From a virus: DNA of 42,024 bases. The stretch is taken from positions 1 through 42,024 of the IMG/VR virus record IMGVR_UViG_3300013104_000040; one strand, written 5' to 3'. Under the pieces are notes generated by a model, which made no database searches, was not told where the DNA came from, and saw only the letters and a program-made list of their open reading frames with translations. A program made the translations under genes and the position numbers. The stretch's first letter is position 1, and each line of letters begins with the position of its first letter. This document shows positions 1-7,421 of this stretch, in pieces.

Positions 1-123
1 AAAATGCTTCTAATGATCGAAAAGAAGCATTAGACAAACCTAGAAAAATCTAACAAAATTTATAAATGTGCAAATTACTGAAAATTATTAAAAAGACAAA
101 CCTAAACAAATCTAGACAAACTA
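1..123. repeat. Left copy of a 123-bp perfect direct repeat (identical to 41902..42024); candidate att core or circular-contig overlap
   Basis: Letter-for-letter identity of 1-123 with 41902-42024. It contains a 9-bp-stem hairpin (3-11 / 23-31) and an internal imperfect direct repeat AGACAAACCTA..AAATCTA (32-54 and 94-117). Confidence 0.95.
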
Positions 124-133
124 TGCAAAATCA

Positions 134-192
134 CCAATCTTGAGTATCATTTTGAGTACGGCCCTAAAAATCACAATTGGATACTCAAGATT
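134..192. promoter_or_regulatory. TTGAGTAY motif cluster; candidate integrase arm-type or int-regulatory sites
   Basis: CAATCTTGAGTAT (135-147), TTGAGTAC (152-159), and an inverted copy ATACTCAAGATT (181-192) that abuts the int ATG. A matching pair CAATCTTGAGTAC / TTGAGTATC lies at 41828-41853. Confidence 0.4.
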
Positions 193-194
193 TC

Positions 195-1391
195 ATGTTA
201 AGCGATTCAAAAATCAGAAGTGCAAAACCAAAAGAAAAGCTTTATCGAATTGGTGATTCGGATGGGTTATGTATCGAAATTAAACCCAATGGAAAGAAGT
301 ATTGGCGCTATCGTTTCCAGTGGCTTAAAAAAACTCAAATGATGAGTTTGGGTGAATACCCTATTGTTGGTTTAGCTGAAGCACGCACTAAAAGAGATGA
401 AGCCAAATCATTAGTTGCAAGTGGTACAAATCCAGTTGAAGATAAAGAAAACCAAAAAAAGGCTAAACATGACGAGTACGAGAATAGAGTGCTCTTTAAG
501 CATGTAGAAGAAGAATATAAAAATGAAAAATTAAATAATCGATCAGAAAGATATAAAGAGGCTTTTCAACGTTCCCTGGATAAAGAAATTTTAAAAGTTA
601 TTGGCGATAAGGATATTAAAGAAGTTACTTCGGCAGACGTTTTGACAATTATGAAAAAAACGATTGCTCGTGTTAAGCGCCAAAAGAATCATGGTACTGG
701 CGAAGTATCTGCAATCCAAAACCGCACTTTTATTGGCGGTGTCATGCGTTATGCAATCGCCACTCTAAGAGCCGACTATGATCCAACCTATGCTGTTAAA
801 AACGTTGTAGAACGGCCTGAAATTGAACATGCACGGCCTATGGAAAAGCATGAGGCGGCACAACTTAGAAATAAACTAAGCAATTATGGCGGCTCTACAA
901 CAGTTAGAAATGCTGGACTTGTAATGCTCTACTCTATGCTCAGGACTATCGAGATCCGCCGCATGAAATGGGAATATGTTGATTTTGAAGCTAGAACTAT
1001 CACATTCCCCAAAGAGATGATGAAAAAGAAACGCATTCATATCGTCCCTATGTCTGATCAAGTTTTTAATATTCTTCAAGAACAGCGTAGCCTTGTTGGT
1101 AATCGTGAATATGTATTCCCTGCCATTTATCAAGATGGAATGCTATCAGCTACCACAATGAACAAAATGCTTGATTATATTGGTTTATCTGATGTTACTG
1201 CTCATGACTTTAGGGCTACAGCTTCCACGTTATTAAATGAAAAAGACTACGATGATAAGTGGATTGAAAAACAGCTCGCTCATGCGGATGGTAATAAGAC
1301 CCGTGCAACATATAACCATGCGAAGTATTTAGAAAGCAGACGTAAAATGTTGCAGGACTGGGCAGATATTGTTGATAGTTGGGCCAGCTAA
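195..1391 (+). CDS. int: Tyrosine recombinase / phage integrase (P4-type, DUF4102-like N-terminus)
   Basis: N-terminus MLSDSKIRSAKPKEKLYRIGDSDGLCIEIKPNGKKYWRYRF is typical of P4-like integrases. The C-terminus carries HDFRATAST and HADGNKTRATYNH (His-x-x-Arg and catalytic Tyr). The ORF track opens at TTG 177; ATG 195 is the more likely start. Confidence 0.9.
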   Translation: MLSDSKIRSAKPKEKLYRIGDSDGLCIEIKPNGKKYWRYRFQWLKKTQMMSLGEYPIVGLAEARTKRDEAKSLVASGTNPVEDKENQKKAKHDEYENRVLFKHVEEEYKNEKLNNRSERYKEAFQRSLDKEILKVIGDKDIKEVTSADVLTIMKKTIARVKRQKNHGTGEVSAIQNRTFIGGVMRYAIATLRADYDPTYAVKNVVERPEIEHARPMEKHEAAQLRNKLSNYGGSTTVRNAGLVMLYSMLRTIEIRRMKWEYVDFEARTITFPKEMMKKKRIHIVPMSDQVFNILQEQRSLVGNREYVFPAIYQDGMLSATTMNKMLDYIGLSDVTAHDFRATASTLLNEKDYDDKWIEKQLAHADGNKTRATYNHAKYLESRRKMLQDWADIVDSWAS

Positions 1392-1602
1392 GAAGTCCTT
1401 AAATGTAAAATCACTTACTAAATAATTGAGAATTAGCAAATGAAAGATTGGGTCTATTTTTATATTGAGTACACAATAAAACATGGTGAGCCATTTTACA
1501 AAGATATAGGATGGTCATTAGGTTTAAGGAATAATTTTTTGGTAGTAAGTTTAATACATAGCTGACAATGGATTGATTATATAACTTTAGAGGGATCTAT
1601 AT

Positions 1603-2238
1603 ATGTGCGCAAATTATGAACCTATCAGTAAAGATCGTGTCCACCTTTTAGATCTCTTCGAACCAACTTTCGACTATAAAGCGGATGTTTATCCCGGTTA
1701 TGACTGCCCTCTTATTTTTTCTAAAGATGGCCAGATGGAATGGAGAGAAGTTAAGTTTGGAATGATTCCTCCATGGAACCATGACTTGAAGTTTTCTAAA
1801 TACACTTATAACGCTAGAACTGAGACGGTAGATAAGAAACCTAGCTTTAGACACGCATGGGCTAAAAGCCAGTTTGCTTTAATACCTGTAGAAAAGATCT
1901 ATGAACCAAGATATGTGAATGGCAAAGCTGAACGCTGGGGAATTTATCGCGAAGACGGCTTACCTTTTACAGTCGCAGCTATTTATGATTCAACTGTGAT
2001 CGATGGCCAACAAGTTAGATCTATGTCTATGCTGACTATCAATGCAGACAATCACCCTTTCATGAGTCAGTTCCATAAACCAGAAGATGAGAAACGGTCG
2101 ATTATTGTTATTCCTGATGAATACAGAGAAGATTGGTTAAATTGCAAAAAAGAAGATGCTGACCAGTTTTTCTTTGAAATGCCTTTAGGCGAATTTACTG
2201 CTGATTATTTCCCCAAACCAAGAAAGCAAACCAATTAA
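1603..2238 (+). CDS. SOS-response-associated peptidase (SRAP / YedK-HMCES family) abasic-site DNA-protein crosslinking protein
   Basis: Starts MCANYEP, so the invariant catalytic Cys2 follows Met. About 210 aa, as expected for SRAP. It sits directly upstream of umuDC, a known SRAP neighbourhood. Confidence 0.75.
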   Translation: MCANYEPISKDRVHLLDLFEPTFDYKADVYPGYDCPLIFSKDGQMEWREVKFGMIPPWNHDLKFSKYTYNARTETVDKKPSFRHAWAKSQFALIPVEKIYEPRYVNGKAERWGIYREDGLPFTVAAIYDSTVIDGQQVRSMSMLTINADNHPFMSQFHKPEDEKRSIIVIPDEYREDWLNCKKEDADQFFFEMPLGEFTADYFPKPRKQTN

Positions 2239-2275
2239 ATCTGTAGATTTTCCGACCAAATGCGCTTTTTTAAGC

Positions 2276-2293
2276 GACAAGTTGTGACTTGTC
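2276..2293 (+). terminator. Hairpin GACAAGT-TGTG-ACTTGTC after the SRAP gene (weak terminator or operator)
   Basis: Perfect 7-bp inverted repeat followed by CTTATTTAT. It lies between the SRAP stop and the umuD promoter region. Confidence 0.3.
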
Positions 2294-2348
2294 CTTATTT
2301 ATCCACAATTTTTTAAATTTGAATTTATGCTCATCCCTAGAATATCAT

Positions 2349-2371
2349 CTTGATTATGTAACAAAATCAAG
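2349..2371. promoter_or_regulatory. Palindromic operator CTTGATT-ATGTAACAA-AATCAAG immediately upstream of the umuD RBS (SOS-box-like)
   Basis: Perfect 7-bp inverted arms. The 13-mer TTGATTATGTAAC recurs as TTGATTATATAAC at 1574-1586, at the same 17-18 nt distance from the SRAP ATG. Confidence 0.5.
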
Positions 2372-2379
2372 GAGTAACT

Positions 2380-2880
2380 ATGAGCAATTTAACCCCTTCA
2401 ATTATAGAGATTAAGCCACACCTCAATCAGTGTAAGACTTCGATAGATATTGTCTCAATAAAACTCGTTACTCCTTCAACGCACATATCAATACCATTAG
2501 CTATTGAAAAGGTTTCTGCCGGTTTCCCATCTCCTGCTCAAGATTATATTGATCGATCGCTCGATATGAATGAGCATCTTATTAAGAATGAAGAGGCAAC
2601 TTTTATAGTAAGAGTTGCTTCGCTATCAATGTTAAATGCAGGCATTGATATTGATGACGAATTAATTGTTGATCGCAGCCTTGATGCTAAACATAACGAT
2701 ATTGTTGTTGCTCTAATAGATAACGATTTTACAGTTAAACGTTTAATGATTGATGAGACTGGCAAGTGGCTCAAGGCAGAGAATCCTGAGTACAAGAATA
2801 TTTATTTGCTGGATGGACAAGAGTTAATAATTTGGGGTGTTGTAACTTACATTCTAAAAAATACAAGAAAACGATCATGA
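2380..2880 (+). CDS. umuD: UmuD-like S24 LexA-family self-cleaving peptidase (Pol V accessory subunit)
   Basis: [12 protein letters not shown] supplies the Ala-Gly cleavage site in the UmuD CGFPSPA context. A Ser (ASLSM) and Lys (VKRL) dyad is present. The stop overlaps the umuC start (ATGA). Confidence 0.85.
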   Translation: MSNLTPSIIEIKPHLNQCKTSIDIVSIKLVTPSTHISIPLAIEKVSAGFPSPAQDYIDRSLDMNEHLIKNEEATFIVRVASLSMLNAGIDIDDELIVDRSLDAKHNDIVVALIDNDFTVKRLMIDETGKWLKAENPEYKNIYLLDGQELIIWGVVTYILKNTRKRS

Positions 2881-4175
2881 GACACGAAAATAAAGTCTTT
2901 TTTCTCATAGATGTAAATAACATGTACGTCTCATGCGAACGAGTCTTTAACCCAAGCTTGAATAATAGACCCGTCATTGTCTTATCAAATAATGATGGCT
3001 GTGCCGTGGCGCGCAGCAACGAATCCAAAGCCCTAAATATCAAGATGGGTGTGCCATTATTCCAGATCAAAGATATCGTTAAACAGCATAACGTGGTTGT
3101 TTTATCAAGTAATTATGCGCTTTATGCGGAGATGTCTAGGCGCTTTCACAAGATACTTGGTTCATATGTTACAGAGGAAGAAGTTGAAGGATATTCTATT
3201 GACGAGTGCTTTGTAGATTTTTCTGCTTATGAAAAGAATTTTGATCTACAAACTGTAGGTCATGAGATGCGGTGGAAAATATTGAAATGGCTAGGATTGC
3301 CAGTTTGCGTGGGAATTGGGAGAAGTAAAACAGAATCAAAGATAGCTAATCATATAGCTAAAAAGAATGCGGGATTTAATGGCGTTTGTGACTTGGTAAG
3401 CATGGATCCATGTAATAAAGAATATTATTTTTCCCAAATAGATGTCAGTGAGGTCTGGGGTGTTGGCCGCAAGCATGCAAAAAAACTACACAGCATGGGT
3501 ATTAAGAGTGTTTTAGATTTAGCTTGTACAGAAGCAAGGGAAATGCAACGTCAGTTTTCAATTGTAATGGCAAGGACTATTAATGAATTGCAAGGAATCT
3601 CGTGTATAGAGATTGAAGATACTCCACCCTCAAAAAAACAAATTATTAAGTCTTGCTCTTTTGGTGCCAAAGTAACTGAACTCAATGATTTGAAAGAAGC
3701 TATAGGCATGCATGCACAAGAGGCATGTAAAAGATTAAGAGACGATGAATCATTATGTGGATGCTTAATTGTCTTTGTACAATCTAGCCCATTCGATGAA
3801 ACTGCGCCTTTTTATAACAAATCTATTTCTTATGCATTTCCTGAGCCTACAGATTGTGCACTAGACTTTGTAAAAGCAGCAGTAGTCTTGGTTAGCCATA
3901 TCTTTAAGGAAGGTATTAAATTCAAGAAGTGCGGAGTTATCTTGACATGTCTTGAGCCCAAGTCAGGCCGTACATATGACCTTCTAACTGACTTCGAAAC
4001 AATAGAAAAGAAAGAGCATCTAATGCAGGCGTTAGATAATGTACACACAAGATTTGGTAAGAAAAAATTAGGTATTGGCACTTGTTATGTTCCAAGTAGA
4101 AATTGGGCAATGTCTCGCGATAAATTGACTAATAATCCTTTCAAATGGGAATCTCTACTTGAGATAAAAAACTAA
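2877..4175 (+). CDS. umuC: UmuC-like Y-family translesion DNA polymerase (Pol V catalytic subunit)
   Basis: [36 protein letters not shown] is the canonical UmuC N-terminus. About 430 aa, translationally coupled to umuD. The ORF track start at 2832 is upstream of the likely ATG at 2877. Confidence 0.9.
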   Translation: MRHENKVFFLIDVNNMYVSCERVFNPSLNNRPVIVLSNNDGCAVARSNESKALNIKMGVPLFQIKDIVKQHNVVVLSSNYALYAEMSRRFHKILGSYVTEEEVEGYSIDECFVDFSAYEKNFDLQTVGHEMRWKILKWLGLPVCVGIGRSKTESKIANHIAKKNAGFNGVCDLVSMDPCNKEYYFSQIDVSEVWGVGRKHAKKLHSMGIKSVLDLACTEAREMQRQFSIVMARTINELQGISCIEIEDTPPSKKQIIKSCSFGAKVTELNDLKEAIGMHAQEACKRLRDDESLCGCLIVFVQSSPFDETAPFYNKSISYAFPEPTDCALDFVKAAVVLVSHIFKEGIKFKKCGVILTCLEPKSGRTYDLLTDFETIEKKEHLMQALDNVHTRFGKKKLGIGTCYVPSRNWAMSRDKLTNNPFKWESLLEIKN

Positions 4176-4301
4176 TCTAAAGAGCCTTAACACATATCCC
4201 AACATTTATAGAGGTATTAATAGTGTGCGCTGTGCAACCTGAGAAGAGGAGGCACAGCAATGTGATGATTGATGCAACTTTAGTACGCTTACACATATAA
4301 G

Positions 4302-4865
4302 TTACTTCTTTAAAAAGAGTGCTCGTTCAGCTTCTCGGCGACGAACTAACCCAGGTAAAACTTTTCCCTTTGCCTTTTTCCATGCAAGAAATTGTTCAGC
4401 AGCACCTTGGTAGTCACCTTTATTAAGCAACTTAAGCAAAGTCGAACCTTTAAAAGCACCTGAGCCAATGTTGTATGTCAGTGAAACTAATGCATCAAAT
4501 TGATTTTGGGTTAATGGCACAGTGACTGATTCATTTACTGTATTTTCAAATTTAGCTAGGTCATGTTTAAAGTAAGTCTTAGCTTGTTCAAGCGTGCAAG
4601 TATCACCCTGCTTAACCTTTACGCCATTTGGATAAACTGTAGTGCCTATACCAATAGTCCACACTCCTACACCATCGTCATAAGACTTGAACTGGGTATC
4701 TTCAAATGCTGAAATTAAATTTACTCCCACATCACTTGTAGTCATGCTAGAAGGCGCAAGTTTATCGACCACTTTATTTAAATCGTCTACTTGTGCTTGT
4801 GTAAGCTTGCCGCCTGCAATCACTCGGGCAGCGTCAAAGAATGGTTTAGTTGTCATTTGATTCAC
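4302..4865 (-). CDS. Endolysin, GH24 (T4-type) lysozyme
   Basis: FEDTQFKSYDDGVGVWTIGIGTT matches the E..D..T catalytic region. NQFDALVSLTYNIGSGAF and LPGLVRRREAE are typical GH24 motifs. Confidence 0.85.
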   Translation of the reverse strand: MNQMTTKPFFDAARVIAGGKLTQAQVDDLNKVVDKLAPSSMTTSDVGVNLISAFEDTQFKSYDDGVGVWTIGIGTTVYPNGVKVKQGDTCTLEQAKTYFKHDLAKFENTVNESVTVPLTQNQFDALVSLTYNIGSGAFKGSTLLKLLNKGDYQGAAEQFLAWKKAKGKVLPGLVRRREAERALFLKK

Positions 4866-5064
4866 CTTTCTTTTTCTCTAATTCAGAGCTACCAAAATAA
4901 AAGCCACATGCTGTTGTCATGGCGCCAGCAATAAAACCTAATGCAGTATTGATCAAATTGCTATTTTCTCTTGGCATATCAACAAAGAACAAAGCAATTA
5001 CTAAGACAAACATCAATCCAACCAATGCAAAAGCTAGATATGCTCTTGTGTTTTCACTATTCAT
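4846..5064 (-). CDS. Holin-like small membrane protein (two TM helices)
   Basis: 72 aa with two hydrophobic helices and a charged C-terminus (ELEKKKGESNDN). Directly upstream of, and overlapping, the endolysin gene. Confidence 0.6.
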   Translation of the reverse strand: MNSENTRAYLAFALVGLMFVLVIALFFVDMPRENSNLINTALGFIAGAMTTACGFYFGSSELEKKKGESNDN

Positions 5065-5411
5065 GGAGCGCCCCTAAATGCAATTTTTGATTCAATAACA
5101 GCAACCTTCTGATTGATGTCAGATATTCGCTGTTGAGTTACTTGATTTGATGAAACTATCCATGTGCAAAAGGTAATAAGCGAGGCAACAGCAACACCAC
5201 TTACTATCTTAAGTAGGTTGATAGCCCCCTTCGCTTGTTGAATATCACCTTCCAACCGCTCGATCTTCTTAGCGTTCTCATCACTAAGAGATTTATGTTG
5301 TTCATTAATAACCGTTAGCCGAAGCACTGTTTCCGAAAGTGTTTTTACTTCTTGCTGAACAGAATCAAGTTTTCGCTCAATTCGTGTTCCATATGTCTCT
5401 GCTTCAGTCAT
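5061..5411 (-). CDS. Coiled-coil protein with one TM helix, lysis-cassette associated (function unknown)
   Basis: 116 aa with an N-terminal heptad-rich region and a TM segment IVSGVAVASLITFCTWIV. Overlaps the holin start and is preceded by a terminator and an RBS. Confidence 0.55.
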   Translation of the reverse strand: MTEAETYGTRIERKLDSVQQEVKTLSETVLRLTVINEQHKSLSDENAKKIERLEGDIQQAKGAINLLKIVSGVAVASLITFCTWIVSSNQVTQQRISDINQKVAVIESKIAFRGAP

Positions 5412-5430
5412 GCCTTCCCCCTAATTTCGG

Positions 5431-5456
5431 CAATAAAAAAGCACCAAAATGGGTGC
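5431..5456 (-). terminator. Intrinsic terminator (minus strand) with TTTTTTATTG tail, between tail fibre and lysis genes
   Basis: The minus strand reads GCACC-CATTTTG-GGTGC followed by TTTTTTATTG. Confidence 0.7.
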
Positions 5457-5461
5457 ATTTG

Positions 5462-7363
5462 TTAGATATCTTCTAAAAGTGATTTTACTTTTCGAGCTAA
5501 AACTTTGTGTCCATTATCATTCGGATGTAAGCCATCTGGTGAAGGCTGACCATCTGCCCAGAAGTAGTAGTCGTTAGCAGCAGGAACATAAACTGGTAAA
5601 TTAGATTCATGATACAAATCTAAATAAGGTATTGAGTAGTGCTTAGCATACTGAATAACTAAGTTTGCAAGCTGTTCAAGTGTGTACCCCATCGAGTTAT
5701 TTGCAGCATTTGAACCCCAGTTATTTAATCGCGGTAAAGGAGTAAATACAGCAAGCTTGTGCTTTGGAAACTTGGTAATCAACTTTATGAATAAGGTGTT
5801 AATACAACCTGAAATCGTTGAAGTGGTTGTATCCAAAAAAGTGCCTAAGGCCTTATTACCATGGTTCCAATCATTAGTACCAAAGAACCACGTGACAATA
5901 TCAATATCATCTGGTGATTGTGTAATATCGTCTGCAACATTAAATCGACCATAGTATCCAGTACCAGAAATACCATAGTTATAAATCGTCATCCCTCCAA
6001 CCATCTCTGCGACATAGTCATGGTAGTTCAAGTGCGATCTGTAATTGTGCTCAGTGATACTATCGCCAATTACAATCCACTTTTTACCTGTTAAGACAAG
6101 TGAACCATTGGCTAAGGCTTCAATTTGCTTACGTGCAAAAGTGTCAGCAATTGGCTTCCCATTTATTCCAACAATTGCGTCATAATCAACAATCTCAGTT
6201 CCAGCCATGATTGATAGAATTGCACTGATATCAAAAGATACAGAAGGTATTTTAATATTTAATAATGCATACTTTGCAGCACTTCCAACAGGCACTGTAA
6301 AGGTCTTTACATTTGCATCTGAAGTAGAATTTAGTGTGACCTTTCCGAGTGTTGGACCTAACGCAGTTGAATTGGTCGATCTCAACACCAAGACAAATGC
6401 ATTTGGGTCAAAACTATTTGAACGCACTGCATATGTCTTACCTGCTTCAACAGGGAATTGCCCTAATAGTGTTCCAGTAGATGTTCCAACCTCGCCATTA
6501 GTAGCTTTCACATAAAAGTTATTAACATTTGTGGCGGGGTTATAAAGCTGAATAGATTCAGAAATAGCACTCTTTAATAAAAATGCTGTACGTGCAAATA
6601 GGTCAACAATCTCACGACCAGCAATTTTACTTACTGTCTCTTTTTCATTAATTGATGTGCCTTGATTAACAATGCATGTTTCCCGGATATCAAAGTTAAA
6701 AGCTGGCAATAATACACTCATAAAAGCATATTTTGCTGTGCTGCCTACAGGTATCGTGAAGGTCTTCACATTAGCGTCTACAGTATCTGTAAATGTGACC
6801 TTTCCTAAGGTTGGACCTATTGCTACAGAATCAGTATCTCGAAGAACAATAATAAAAACCGCAGGATCAAAACTTGCGGATCTAATCGCATATGTTTTTC
6901 CCGCTTCAACTGGGAATCTATTCAGTGCTGTTGATGCATTTGCTGCAATGTTATTGGTGCTAACAGAAACAAATAAGCCATTAAAGTTGTTAGTCTTCTG
7001 GTATAGATTCAGGTTATCAATGGTGAATTGAGAAAGGGTGAAGTTTTTTGCCTGATCTAATTGGCTTAAACCCTCATCAATCCAACTTGTACCATTCCAT
7101 AAATACAATTTCTTAGTATCAAAAGCATATCCAACTGATGGATTAACTATAGGAGTTGTAGCAAGTAATGCTGCTTCTGTTTGGTAAGCCTTCCACCCCC
7201 CAGTCTCCATTAGAATTCGGATCAACTTAGCAAGAGTTGGATATTGTTTCCCCAATCGTGTTAATACATCTTCAATGTCGGATCCACTGATAAATAGTTC
7301 CAGACTATCTGCATCAAGTGACGCATCTACTAGTTGTTGGCGCGTAATCATCTCATCAGCCAT
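5462..7363 (-). CDS. Tail fibre/tailspike with two tandem repeat modules and a C-terminal SGNH/GDSL esterase domain
   Basis: SGNH blocks are present: VIGDSITE (GDS), FFGTNDW (GxND) and DGLHPNDNGH (DxxH). An internal duplication (FPVEAGKTYAIRS... and FPVEAGKTYAVRS...) is offset by about 153 aa. The gene sits just after the J-like protein. Confidence 0.8.
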   Translation of the reverse strand: MADEMITRQQLVDASLDADSLELFISGSDIEDVLTRLGKQYPTLAKLIRILMETGGWKAYQTEAALLATTPIVNPSVGYAFDTKKLYLWNGTSWIDEGLSQLDQAKNFTLSQFTIDNLNLYQKTNNFNGLFVSVSTNNIAANASTALNRFPVEAGKTYAIRSASFDPAVFIIVLRDTDSVAIGPTLGKVTFTDTVDANVKTFTIPVGSTAKYAFMSVLLPAFNFDIRETCIVNQGTSINEKETVSKIAGREIVDLFARTAFLLKSAISESIQLYNPATNVNNFYVKATNGEVGTSTGTLLGQFPVEAGKTYAVRSNSFDPNAFVLVLRSTNSTALGPTLGKVTLNSTSDANVKTFTVPVGSAAKYALLNIKIPSVSFDISAILSIMAGTEIVDYDAIVGINGKPIADTFARKQIEALANGSLVLTGKKWIVIGDSITEHNYRSHLNYHDYVAEMVGGMTIYNYGISGTGYYGRFNVADDITQSPDDIDIVTWFFGTNDWNHGNKALGTFLDTTTSTISGCINTLFIKLITKFPKHKLAVFTPLPRLNNWGSNAANNSMGYTLEQLANLVIQYAKHYSIPYLDLYHESNLPVYVPAANDYYFWADGQPSPDGLHPNDNGHKVLARKVKSLLEDI

Positions 7364-7377
7364 TACTTTTCTCCAGC

Positions 7378-7402
7378 CAATAAAAAACCCCTGTTAGGGG
7401 GC
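7378..7402 (-). terminator. Intrinsic terminator (minus strand) with TTTTTTATTG tail, between the J-like gene and the tail fibre
   Basis: The minus strand reads GCCCCCTAACAGGGG followed by TTTTTTATTGGCTGGAGAAAAGTAATG. Confidence 0.7.
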
Positions 7403-7421
7403 TTAGATTTCTGTTAATTAA

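Noticed and set aside
1-123. The 123-bp repeat as a genuine packaging direct terminal repeat (T7-like DTR).
   Set aside because: The genome has an HNH + terS + terL cos-type module and a GC-rich cos candidate at ~24.9 kb. The repeat also sits in the int/xis intergenic region flanked by arm-like motifs.
1440-1565. 41-codon + strand ORF (MKDWVYFYIEYTIKHGEPFYKDIGWSLGLRNNFLVVSLIHS) between int and the SRAP gene.
   Set aside because: There is no convincing RBS. The ORF overlaps the TTGAGTAC motif and the putative SRAP promoter region. It cannot be supported without conservation data.
4176-4301. The convergent umuC/endolysin junction, with a 7-bp-stem, 16-nt-loop hairpin (GCTGTGC..GCACAGC) and the near-repeat CTTA(A)CACATAT at ~4186 and ~4287. 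Considered as an alternative attP or a target-site duplication of the cargo.
   Set aside because: The repeat is short and imperfect, no T-run follows the hairpin, and there are no arm-type motifs here. It is most simply a weak bidirectional stop region.
6207-7031. Two + strand ORFs (6207-6515 and 6672-7031) with similar protein sequences, which could suggest a duplicated gene.
   Set aside because: Their similarity is only the reverse-strand echo of the tandem duplication inside the minus-strand tail fibre gene.
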